64,000 nt of DNA from contig NC_134034.1 of assembly GCF_964204645.1 (NCBI RefSeq), positions 6,236,914 to 6,300,913 on the forward strand, written 5' to 3'. Positions within the stretch are counted from its first letter, which is position 1; each line of letters opens with the position of its first letter. Below, in pieces: positions 36,674-47,017 of this stretch. The notes beneath the pieces are model-generated. The model saw only the letters and a program-made list of their open reading frames with translations, was not told the origin of the DNA and ran no database searches. Both the position numbers and the translations under genes were made by a program. This DNA comes from Tubulanus polymorphus (lineage: Eukaryota > Animalia > Nemertea).

Positions 36674-39600
36674 ATGGGAGACCATGACCACCAAACAGAA
36701 AATATTAACGTTAATAAAAATCAATATTATTGTCCATATTGTAAAAAATTAATCGATAAATCTAAAAAATCTCGACATGAAAAAACTGCAAATCATAAAA
36801 AAAGTTATAGATTTTGAAACACCAGAAAATTCAAATGAAAGAAAAGAACAATTAGAAAATATGAAAAAAGATGAAATTAAATGTATTGTTTGTAATGAAT
36901 TTATAGTAAAAAGGAATTTTAAAAGACATCTCGAATCACAAAGACACAAACAAAATTAAAATAAAAATATTTTAGGAACAGAATATTTTGATGATAACAA
37001 GTTTTGATTGACAAGTAAAAAACCAGCTTCAAAAACTAAATCTATTTCAAATAAACCTTATATGGAAAATGTTAGAAATTATATCGATCACTACATATAA
37101 TATTATATATACTATTATTATCACTAGAAATAAAAGATACAACATAAATTTTAGAAACATTACGTAGTAAAATTGGACCGGCAGCTATTATATTTAGATT
37201 TTTTAAAGGATCAACAATAGAAGATTATAGCAAATATATTGAAATAATGGAAAAAATAATGGACCTTGTAACAGATGTTGAATATCCAAAAATTAGTATT
37301 TCTGGAAAAGTAAGTTTTATGAAATCAGAACTAAAAATGGAGTATAATATTCAAACACATTCTGAAGAAATAATTTCAAAAACACAAATAAAGGAGAAAT
37401 TAGAAAAAATATTTAATGAATTTAAACGTCATATTGAAGAAAGATATTTTGAGGGTTCTGGTTTAACATTGAATGAAATTATATTTTTAGATTTAAATAT
37501 TTATAATACAAAAAGGAATAAAGCATCAAAAAGTAATACAATGTTTACAAATAATTCAAACTTTACAACAGAAAAGGATATTAAAGCATCATCTTATATT
37601 AAATTACCATTTACAACAAAAGCAGTAATAAATGTTCAGAATGAAGATAATAAATGTTTTCTATGGTCAATTGTTAGTTGTTTACATCCAACAGAAGGTA
37701 TAACGCATAGTTTTAGAATAACAGATTATCGGAAATATGAAACATTATATATAAAATTGATCAATATCCAGTAACTATGAAGATGATTCCTAAAATAGAA
37801 AAAGTTAATAATTTGAAAATAAATGTATTCGAATAAATGCAATTACCAGAGACAAAAGGTGAAAATATTAAAGATTATACATTAGAAGCTTTATATTTAA
37901 CAGAATATTATGATAATGAAAATGTTATACATTTATTATACTATGAAAAAGATGAAAATAACATTATATGTGGTTAAAACAAATTGATTTATTCTTTAGA
38001 ACAGAAAGTGATTTCAACAGTCATAACAAAATATATTTATGTAGAAAATGCTTATCTAAATTTAGAACTGAAAATGCATTACTAAAACATAAAGAATTGT
38101 GTGATAATAAAGATTTTTGCAAATTAATAATGCCAAGAAAGAAAGATTGTAAGTTGAAATTGTAAGTTTAATAATCATAAATTTAAAAATATTGTTCCAT
38201 TTGTTAGTTATGGGGATTTTGAATCGTTGAATAAAGAATTAACTGATCAAGATAGAAAAGAAATATAAAATAAAAAGCAATTTTTAAAATCAATGGATAA
38301 AGGAAATGAATTAAATGAAGACATAATTCAAGACCCACCAATTATAAACACAATTAAAAAAGTTCATCAAAGAGCTGCTGCTTATGGAATTTATATAAAA
38401 TCAAATTATACTGGATTATATGCAAGTCAATATATTTCTTTTAGAGGTGAAAATGTTGTAAATGAATTTTGTAATAAAATTATAGAATTAGAAAGTGATT
38501 TTGTGCAAATTATTAAACAAAAATAAAAGAATAGTTATGACAAAAGAAGATGAAATTGATTTTAATTATGCAACTCATTGTTGTTACTGTGAAAAACATT
38601 TTTATTCATTTGATAAAAAAGTTAGAGATCATGATCATTTAAATTCAAAATATCGTGGAGCTGCTCATGAAGATTGCAATTTACAAGCTAAGAAAGTTAA
38701 TTTCATATCAATATGATTTCATAATTTATCAGGCTATGATACCCATCTATTCATCAAACAATTATCAGGAAAATGGGCGCAAGTAATCAAGAAATAGAAG
38801 AATATAATGCTATGAATGGTGCAAATGTAAGAAAATATGATTTTAAACTATTAGCTAAGACATCTGAAAATTATATTTCATTTCAATTTGGTTGCATTAG
38901 ATTTTTAGATTCTTATAGATTTTTAGCAACTTCATTAGATAATTTAGCAAAAAGTTTAGTTGATAATGATTTTATAATAACTCGACATTATCCAAATGAA
39001 CAAGATTTTAATTTATTGAGATTTAAAGGTGCAATTCCTTATTCACTCTATAAAACACATGATGATTTTTATGTAACAGAATTATTAAAAGAACAATTTT
39101 ATGATCAATTAAAAGAGGAGTATGTGAAAGATGAAGTGTTTAATAGAACATTAAATATTTGGAATCATTTTAAGATAAAAAATCACGGTAAATTAGTAGA
39201 TTTATACTTAAAATCAGATGTTATGATATTGGCTGACATATTTGAAAAATTTAGAGAAGTTAATTTAAATCATTTTAATGTTGATCCTTGTTATTGTTAT
39301 TCAAGTCCTGGTTTAACCTGGCAATATGGTTTAAAATATACAAATGTAGAATTAGATTTATTAAAAGAACCAGACAAAGTTTTATTATTTGAAAAATCAA
39401 TTACAGGTGGAATTAGTGGTGTTATGGGAAATAGGTATTTTAAAGTAAATGATGAATATAAATTATTGTATATTGATGCAAATAATCTATATGGTTGGGC
39501 AATGATGCAACCTCAACCATACAAAAATTTTATATTAACAGAAGTTGAAAATGATGATAAAACTGATTGGGAAAGTGCAATTATGGGTTTAAAAGATGAA

Positions 39601-41786
39601 GCACCAATTGGTTATTTCTTTGTAGTTGATTTAGAATATCCTGATAACATAAAGTTTAAAACAAGACACTAACCATATTGCCCAGAACATTTAGCCGTAG
39701 ATGATAGTTATTTAAGTGAATACCAGAAGAAAATAAAACCGAAAGATCATGTTTTTACAGAAAAATTAATATTTACTCAAAATAATAAATACAATTATAT
39801 TGTTCATTATAGAATGTTAAAATTCTATCTAAAACAAGGAATGAAATTAAAGAAAGTACATAGATATATTGAATTTAATCAATCGATGTGGTTAGAAAAA
39901 TATATAGATTTTAATACTCAACAGAGAACCATATCAAAAACAGATTTTGAAAAAGATTTCTTCAAATTAATGAATAATAGTTTTTATGGAAAACATGTGA
40001 ATATATTAGAAATAGAAATGATATTGAATTAGTAAATAATTCCGAATGATTGAGACATTTACAATCAAGTCCTAGACATTTAGGAAATAAAAGATTTGAA
40101 GATTATTTAACAGCAGTAAAATTAAACAGAACGTCAATGAAATTTAATAAACCTATATTCATTGGTTCAACTGTTTTAGAACTATCAAAATTATTAATGT
40201 ATGATTTTTATTATAATGTTTTACAACCACATTTTGGGGAAAAACATATTGAAATATTATATTTTGATTCTGTAACAGCTGATACCCCAATATTATTGAA
40301 ATACAATAACCAAATATTAATAAGAAGAATTTCAGAAATAATTCCAAAACAAAATGAACTTTATATTTCATATGGTGAAAAAGAATTAATACAAATAAAA
40401 GGATTAACGGATGTGTGGACAAGAAATGGATGGAAAAAATTAAAGAATATTATAAGGCATAAAACAAATAAAAGAATTTATAGAGTTAGAACTAAATTTG
40501 GGTTTGTTGATGTTACCGAGGATCAAAGTTTAATTAGAAATAATGGTGATGAAATAAAACCAACTGATATAAAAATTGGAGATGAATTATTACATAAGAG
40601 ATTTTACCCAAGAATGAATCATATGTCATTTGATGAAATAATTGATAATATTTATAACATAGAACCTGTAACATTAGAAGAATAAGAATATTTTATCAAA
40701 GGATTTTTTATGGGCGATGGTTCAGCAGGTGTGAATAATTATGTTAGTCGCACTCGATATTGTTGGTATTTATGCAATCAAGATTTGAAATTATTAGAAA
40801 GAATAAAGAAATACTGTGAAGAAGTTTATTCACACAAAACATTTTGAATCATGGATGTTATGAAATCATCAGCAGTTCATAAAATACTTGTAAATAATCC
40901 TAAAGATTTTGTTATAAAATATAATGATGAATTCTATATTCATGCAATAGTCAAAGTAATACCTCAACAAAAGAAAAGATAGTTCCAGATTATGTATTAA
41001 ATGCAAAAGATAATTTAAGAAAATAGTTCTTCATTGGATTCTACGCAGCAGATGGTGCTAAAAAATTTACGAGTTCTCCAGTAATAACATTTGCACAAAA
41101 AGGAAAAGTTTGTATATCAGGATTAAATATATTATGCAATTCATTAGGTTTTAATATGAATATTGGATTGATTAAATCTAAACCAAATTGTTTTATTCTA
41201 AGGCACACAGAAAAAGAAATAACTGAAGAAGTTAGAGATTTATTTGAAATATATAACCCAACAGATTATGTTTATGATTTATCAACTGAAGATGGAACAT
41301 TTAACTGTGGATTTCCATTAATAGCGGTCAATACGGACGCCTACATACTAAAAATCAAGACAAATGATATAACAAAAGACTTAAAAACATTAAAACATCA
41401 TTTTGACTTTAGCAATTATCCAAAAGATCATGAACTATCTAGCAATGATAATAAAAAAATTCCTGGTAAATCTAAAGATGAATTAGGGACGATGAAATGA
41501 TTGAATTTGTTGGGATAAGAAGAAAATGTATAGTTATAGAACAAAAGATCATGAAGCTAAAAAGTTAAAAGGAATAACAAAACATGTGGTTGATAAACAC
41601 ATAGAATTTCAAGATTATATAAAGTGTTTATACAACTCAATTGTAATGAAACATAAAATGAATTGTTTAAAATCAGAAGATGACGAGATGTACATTAATG
41701 AAGTTGAAAAAACTAGTTTAAATCCGTTCGATGATAAAAGATATATTTTGGGTGATGGAATAAAAACATTACCTTGTGGCCATTAA
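36674..41786 (+). pseudogene. Protein-primed family B DNA polymerase of Polinton/adintovirus type, with N-terminal Zn fingers and an intein (the 36674-37000 Zn-finger part may be a separate gene)
   Basis: INVQNEDNKCFLWS; ExoI YGDFESL; DHDHL..KYRGAAH..CN; ExoII FHNLSGYD; RFLDSYRF; ExoIII YLKSDV; motif A YIDANNLYG; motif B FFKLMNNSFYGK; motif C YFD|TD; KIPGKSKDE; FDDKRY..TLPCGH; many stops and frameshifts. Confidence 0.92.
40269..41332 (+). mobile_element. Intein with LAGLIDADG homing endonuclease inserted in PolB motif C
   Basis: Block A SVTADTPILL directly after YFD; block B VDVTEDQSL; LAGLIDADG-like FIKGFFMGDGS (40692-40724) and FFIGFYAADG (41027-41056); block F YVYDLSTEDGTF; ends LIAVN|T; removing it restores ILYFDTDAYILKIKT. 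Confidence 0.92.
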
Positions 41787-43095
41787 AAAAGAAAATCAAT
41801 ATCATCATTCTCGAAATCACTACTGGTTTCATCATTTTTACTTAATTGTTTAGGTTCTTCCATTTCATATTTCTCTTTTAAATAAAATTCTATATTATTC
41901 CACATTTCATCTCGCTCTCTTTGTTTCTTTTTGTTCATTAATTCATCAAATGGAATTATAATATCGATGTTTAAAAAATGTACAATCTTATTTAAACAGG
42001 ATTCATAATTAATTGAATCTGTTATTTTATTATCCACATAAAACTTTAATATGTTTGTGAATGTTTCTTTTATATTTTCCATATCTTCTTTTGTTAATTT
42101 AGGTTTTTTATAATAATCGTTAAATAATCAATATAAATAAATTTTCCTTTCTTTTGTGTTAAATGATGATGGAATAATTGTTTTTATTATATCTTTTTTA
42201 ATTATTTCACCATTTTTATTTTCTATCATTTTCATTTTGTCAAGCCATTGCTTGTATTCTGGTGTATGATCTTCCATAGAAAATATCTTAAAAATTGCAT
42301 CTAGATATTTTCATTTTGGTTCTATAAGAATATCTCTGGTTTTTTCATCACCCCATAAATTCCTTTGCCATCCACATTCATTAGAAAATACCACAGAATC
42401 TTCTTGTCTTAAGTACACATAAATACATTGTGGGCATTTTTTTAATCATATCTTGGCAATAGATCTTCATTAAGTTCTTGGTATTTTCTTACGTTTTCTT
42501 TATGTTTCATTGTTTTATTATGTAGATTTGAATTACTTGTTGTAATAATCAATTTACAATATTTGCAATAATATGTTTTTCTTACTAATTCATTTTATTG
42601 TTTTTCCAACTTTTCAAGTCTTTCTTCATTATCTGGTAACGTTTTCTCATATTTTATGTTTTCTAATATATTATTTTTTCTTTCATTGAATTCTGCTTCA
42701 AATTTATCAGAAATGTAAACTATATGTGCTTTACGAAATTGATGATTTTCCCAATCTTCTACATTTTCAGTGCTATATTTTATTCGACAAGGCTCACAGA
42801 AATGATCTTTTATATTATTCTTGTCATAGAATAAGAAAGGTCTTTTTCAAATAATTTCAGGTTCAGTTTCAACCGAATCATTATTACTTTCGTTACTATC
42901 AACATTAACCTTTGAGTCATCAATTTTACACTTCTCTGAATGTTTTTTAACATAATTTCTTGAGAATAATTTATTACAATTTGGGCAGTTTATTTTAGGG
43001 GGTTTATAATTTCTATCATGTTTTTTCATATGTCGAGCCATATTACTTTTTCTTTGAAGTTCACCACAAATTTCACATCCTATCTTCTCATCCAT
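41783..43095 (-). pseudogene. Viral multi-zinc-finger protein, convergent with PolB, broken by stops
   Basis: CEICG..NMARHMKKH, CPNCNK..KHSEKC; reading through stops gives CEPC..HQFRKAH, YYCKYC..HNKTMKH, CPQC; C-terminal ORF 41783-42082. Confidence 0.6.
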
Positions 43096-43162
43096 TATTT
43101 CGGAACAATTTTATTAAGATTAATTTTCGATGGTTCGAGGTAATTTTTTTGTGTTATAAATA

Positions 43163-43898
43163 ATGGTTGAATTAAAAGAATATAGAATATTTGTTGATTC
43201 TAGAAAACTGTTAAATTATCAATCACATAATTTACTAGTACAATTGTGTAGATTTAAAATTAATAAATATTAGTTTATTTAATTCTTTTTATAATATATC
43301 AGATAAAACTATTGATCATAGAGGTTATGCAGTTATTAACAAAAATAAAAATAAATGGTATCCTCTTTTTCTAAAACCAGGGTTATATAATTTAGATACA
43401 TTACCTCAAGAAATTTATAGAAAAGCCTTGCACAAATTAGGTAGTGATTCCAGATTTAATATTATATTTTCAAAAAGTGATAGTTCTAATAAGATAAAGG
43501 TAAGGTTAACTAATGATGAAAAATATCAATTTTTAGTTAAAAAACCTATAGCTAAACTATTGGGAATTACACCAGATAAACTTTATTCAAATGTTGATGC
43601 TACACCAAACTTAATACCTTACACACACTTTTATATTTATTACAATTTAATTGATGCTACAAAAACATTCGAAGAAACTAAAGATATAACATGTAATTCT
43701 AGTTTATTGAATATTTTACCATTAAAAATGTTAAGCAATTTGGAACACAATTAAATCCTAATTTAGCTGAATGATTTTAAGCCCTGTATTTCACAATTCA
43801 ATAATTTTAAGTTAGAAATTAGAAATCATAATGGATACTTAATTGATTTGGATCGTTTTCCTGTAATTTATGAATTAGTTATAAGATGTAGAGAGTAA
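43163..43898 (+). pseudogene. Putative minor capsid (penton, single jelly-roll) protein
   Basis: MVELKEYRIFVDSR..; SLFNSFYNI; LKPGLYNLDTL; AKLLGI; FYIYYNLI; LLNILPL; FKLEIRNHNGYLIDLDRFPVIYELVI; this pattern is typical of Polinton/PLV pentons; frameshifts present. Confidence 0.6.
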
Positions 43899-43914
43899 TT
43901 TTTTCATTATATAA

Positions 43915-44255
43915 ATGAATATAACTGTTGGACCGAGTATATGTTTTGGATTTGATTTTAAACGTGAGAAAGAAATGAAATTTGATATTAATGATGTAAT
44001 AACTCATATAAAAAATATTGCATTTACTAATGAAACAACATTTGAATATGAAACAACAATACATAAAGACACTTTTAATGTAGAAAAGGATACTGATTTA
44101 ATTAGAGAGTCTTTAAGATTTTAAGAATTAGATGAAGATTTTATTATTAATGATATTAAAAAAATAATAACTGAAATATATGAAAATGAAACTAATAATA
44201 TTATAAAGGTTGAAATAATTATAACTAAGATAACTAAATATTTTGAAGACAGTAA
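43915..44255 (+). pseudogene. Small viral hypothetical protein with an internal stop
   Basis: TAAATG start; the frame continues past TAA at 44122-24 to ~44255. Confidence 0.45.
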
Positions 44256-44271
44256 ATTTTTTTCTAAATAA

Positions 44272-44532
44272 ATGGCGGATCAGAAGTGGATAATAACTGG
44301 TTTATATAATGGAGCATTATTATCAGTGGGAACCGTTGGTTATACAATGGTATTAAAAAAAGTATTTAAAATGGGAAGTATTAATGTTGATCAATTTGAT
44401 ATCAATGATATTTTGAAATTAACATTAGCAGTAACTTTATCTAATTTAAAAATTGATTATTTATATATAAATATATTCCTCCTATATAAATACGTAATAT
44501 TTTTACTAAATAAATGGCTCCTGCAATTATAA
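44272..44532 (+). CDS. Small viral hydrophobic protein
   Basis: TAAATG start; GLYNGALLSVGTVGYTMVLKKVF..DINDILKLTLAVTLS..IDYL; resembles small ORFs of invertebrate Polinton-like elements (from recall, not searched). Confidence 0.55.
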   Translation: MADQKWIITGLYNGALLSVGTVGYTMVLKKVFKMGSINVDQFDINDILKLTLAVTLSNLKIDYLYINIFLLYKYVIFLLNKWLLQL

Positions 44533-44942
44533 CTATTATAGGATCGGCAATTGTTAACGCTTTAGCATTTACTGGTGGTGGGTATTTATTTAAGCATATT
44601 GATAAAAATAGTTCATTAGCAGAACAAAGAAGACATAACTTAGCATTAGAGAAATACAATAAAGCTGCAGAAGAATACAGAGAAAAGAGACAAAATTACA
44701 CTACATTGTGTAATTTTCTGATTATATAATTCTTTATTAATGTAATCAATAGAGATTCTCAATCAGTTGATGAAGCTATGAGTTTATATAACGCAGTAAC
44801 AAATAAAGAAAAATTACATCTGTATAAACCTAAATTATCAGATTATTATACACCAAGTAGTGAACAACAAAAATATGAAATAATTTGGATTTTAGGTGGA
44901 ACAGTTATTGTATTATTTGTTGCTTATAAATTTACTAATTAG
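44514..44942 (+). pseudogene. Viral membrane-associated protein, frameshifted
   Basis: MAPAIITIIGSAIVNALAFTGGGYLF..AEQRRHNLALEKY..; continues ..KPKLSDYYTPSSEQQKYEIIWILGGTVIVLFVAYKF; hydrophobic N- and C-termini. Confidence 0.6.
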
Positions 44943-44961
44943 TAATTTCTTTTCTAAATAA

Positions 44962-45396
44962 ATGGATGATAAAGTTGATAATATTGATATTATTCCTCAT
45001 GATAAAAATAAAACTAAATTAAAATTATATTTGGAAAAACAAATATTAGAATCTGAAAATGATTTAAAGATTAAAAAGAAAAAATATTTAAAAAGTAAAA
45101 TTATATATTATTTTATTATTAGTATTTCAGCTACAATTAGTTCTGTAATAACATTTCTAGCATTATTCTCGCCATTAACACCTTTAGCTATCTCAATTGG
45201 AGCTTTAGGTTTAAGTTCAAGTGTATTAACCGGCATAAGTTCAAAATTAAATATAACAAGTTATAAAGAAAAAATAAAATCTTATATGAAAGAAATTAAT
45301 AAATTAAAACATACATTAGATTATACAATGAGTTTAAATGGTAATATAACAGTTAAAGAACAAGATAAATTATTTAAAAAATTAATAAATTATTAA
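44962..45396 (+). CDS. Viral two-transmembrane protein
   Basis: Intact 144-aa ORF, TAAATG start, two adjacent hydrophobic helices flanked by Lys-rich segments. Confidence 0.65.
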   Translation: MDDKVDNIDIIPHDKNKTKLKLYLEKQILESENDLKIKKKKYLKSKIIYYFIISISATISSVITFLALFSPLTPLAISIGALGLSSSVLTGISSKLNITSYKEKIKSYMKEINKLKHTLDYTMSLNGNITVKEQDKLFKKLINY

Positions 45397-45411
45397 TTTT
45401 TTTATTATATA

Positions 45412-46800
45412 AATAGATAGTTTTCCAAAAGCTTTCCAATATAATAAATCAATTAGATATAATATTCCTGCAATAGATTTTAATAAAGATATTTCATATA
45501 GAAATGAAGTTTTAAATTCATTAATTAATTTAGATATTTATGTTACTGAAACTAATAATTTTAATGCAAAGATGGAAAATATATTTCATGTATATCTAAT
45601 TAATTTTAAAAATTGAAAGATGAAAAACAATGGCTATTAAAATCTAGTATGAAGTATTGGCAGAACCAATTAAATTTTGCAGTTTATTGTGCAACAACAG
45701 GTTGTGGAATTAGTTGGAATGATCATTTGAATAATTCTAAATATAAATTAATTCAAAGTTTATTTAGATTCCATACATACTTTCAAATAAGATTAATATT
45801 AAATGAATTAGAGTGTCCTTTACCAGGATCTAGGTATTTTAAAGAATAAGATAATGATATTATATTAATAATATTATTATCAAAGTTTTATAAAATTTGT
45901 AATGAATATAATATAGATTTAAATAATTATGATTTTAGAACAAAAATTGGAACAATAAGATGTTTTCCTTGCCCTAAAAAGATTGCACAATATTGAGCAC
46001 TTCCCATACCATCTAATAGTTTTTATAATATCTATAATAATAAATTAGGCTATGGCAAAATAGAAACTTTGGATTTAAAAACATTAAATTTCAATAAATT
46101 ACCGAAATTTTATGATAATTTAAAACAAGAAAACAATAATGGTTGGGTTTATTTCATTTTAGAAAATAGTGAAGATTTTACAAAATCAGGTATACAAAGA
46201 ATAAATCAATCAATTAGAACTTATTTGATATGTATTGTATTCTAGGTGCACAAGTTGAAACAAGATCCCCGATAATTGGAAATTTAAATACATCATTCGA
46301 TACACAAAAACAATTCAAAGTATTATTTGAAGATTCTATTCATAATGATGAAAATATACCCATTCCAGACAACATTGTAAGATATCTAAATTATTTAGAT
46401 AAATCTCATGCAAGATTAAATTATTGTATAGGCCCTAATTTGTTAATTATTTCAAATGATTTAATATTAAAAATGGGAAATAATAATTGATTTTAATAAT
46501 CTAATTAAAACTGCAACAATACATAATAAGTTTGGATTAAATGATATAAATAAAAAGATTATTACTGCTCCAAAACTAATGGAAGGTGACAAAAATTAAA
46601 AAACATATTCAATCAACAGAAACTAAAACTAAAAATATTAAATTGGATAATGATTCTAAAATAAAAGATTACAATACTACAGAAAATATTAAAACTGATA
46701 ATATTCAACATGAAATAATTAAAACTTATAATGATAATAAATCCCATGAAAATACTAAGTTAGCTATTACTTGTATAGGAATTGTAATAGGAGGAATATT
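45412..46800 (+). pseudogene. Conserved Polinton-associated hypothetical protein, C-terminal TM cut by a HINE
   Basis: YWQNQLNFAVYCATTGCGIS, LFRFHTYFQIRLILNEL.CPLPG, G..RINQSIRTY.YCILGAQVETRS; probable start mutated to TAAATA. Confidence 0.55.
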
Positions 46801-46962
46801 TAGGGTTTTCTGTTATTTCACAGAAAACCCTATTGATATCCGCGTGATTACTATTATTAGGGTTTTCTGTTACATCACAGAAAACCCTATTGAGATTCGC
46901 GTGTTTCTTATTATTATCAGGGTTTCTGCTGCCTTCGCAGAAACCCTATTGTATTCCTGCTG

Positions 46963-47017
<55 letters not shown>

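Larger units (their letters stand above)
36598..46800 (+). mobile_element. Decayed endogenous Polinton/Maverick (adintovirus)-like virus, partial; a further inverted fragment lies at ~34100-35180
   Basis: Sharp switch to very AT-rich, intronless, gene-dense DNA; pPolB, penton-like and Polinton-associated small ORFs; shared start motif. Confidence 0.85.

Noticed and set aside
40269-41332. The PolB insert as a spliceosomal or group I intron, or a Hedgehog-type Hint domain
   Set aside because: No GT-AG ends; it reads in frame from the extein, has both Hint halves around a LAGLIDADG domain, and ends Asn|Thr at a known intein site.
36598-46800. Bacterial, phage or contaminant origin of the AT-rich block
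   Set aside because: The PolB motifs are of the animal Polinton type, the genes are heavily pseudogenised, and the block is joined to and interrupted by host transposons.
34900-46810. Polinton terminal inverted repeats and a 6-bp TSD
   Set aside because: No AG..CT/AGTAGT termini or matching arms found; both ends of the viral block are truncated by other elements.
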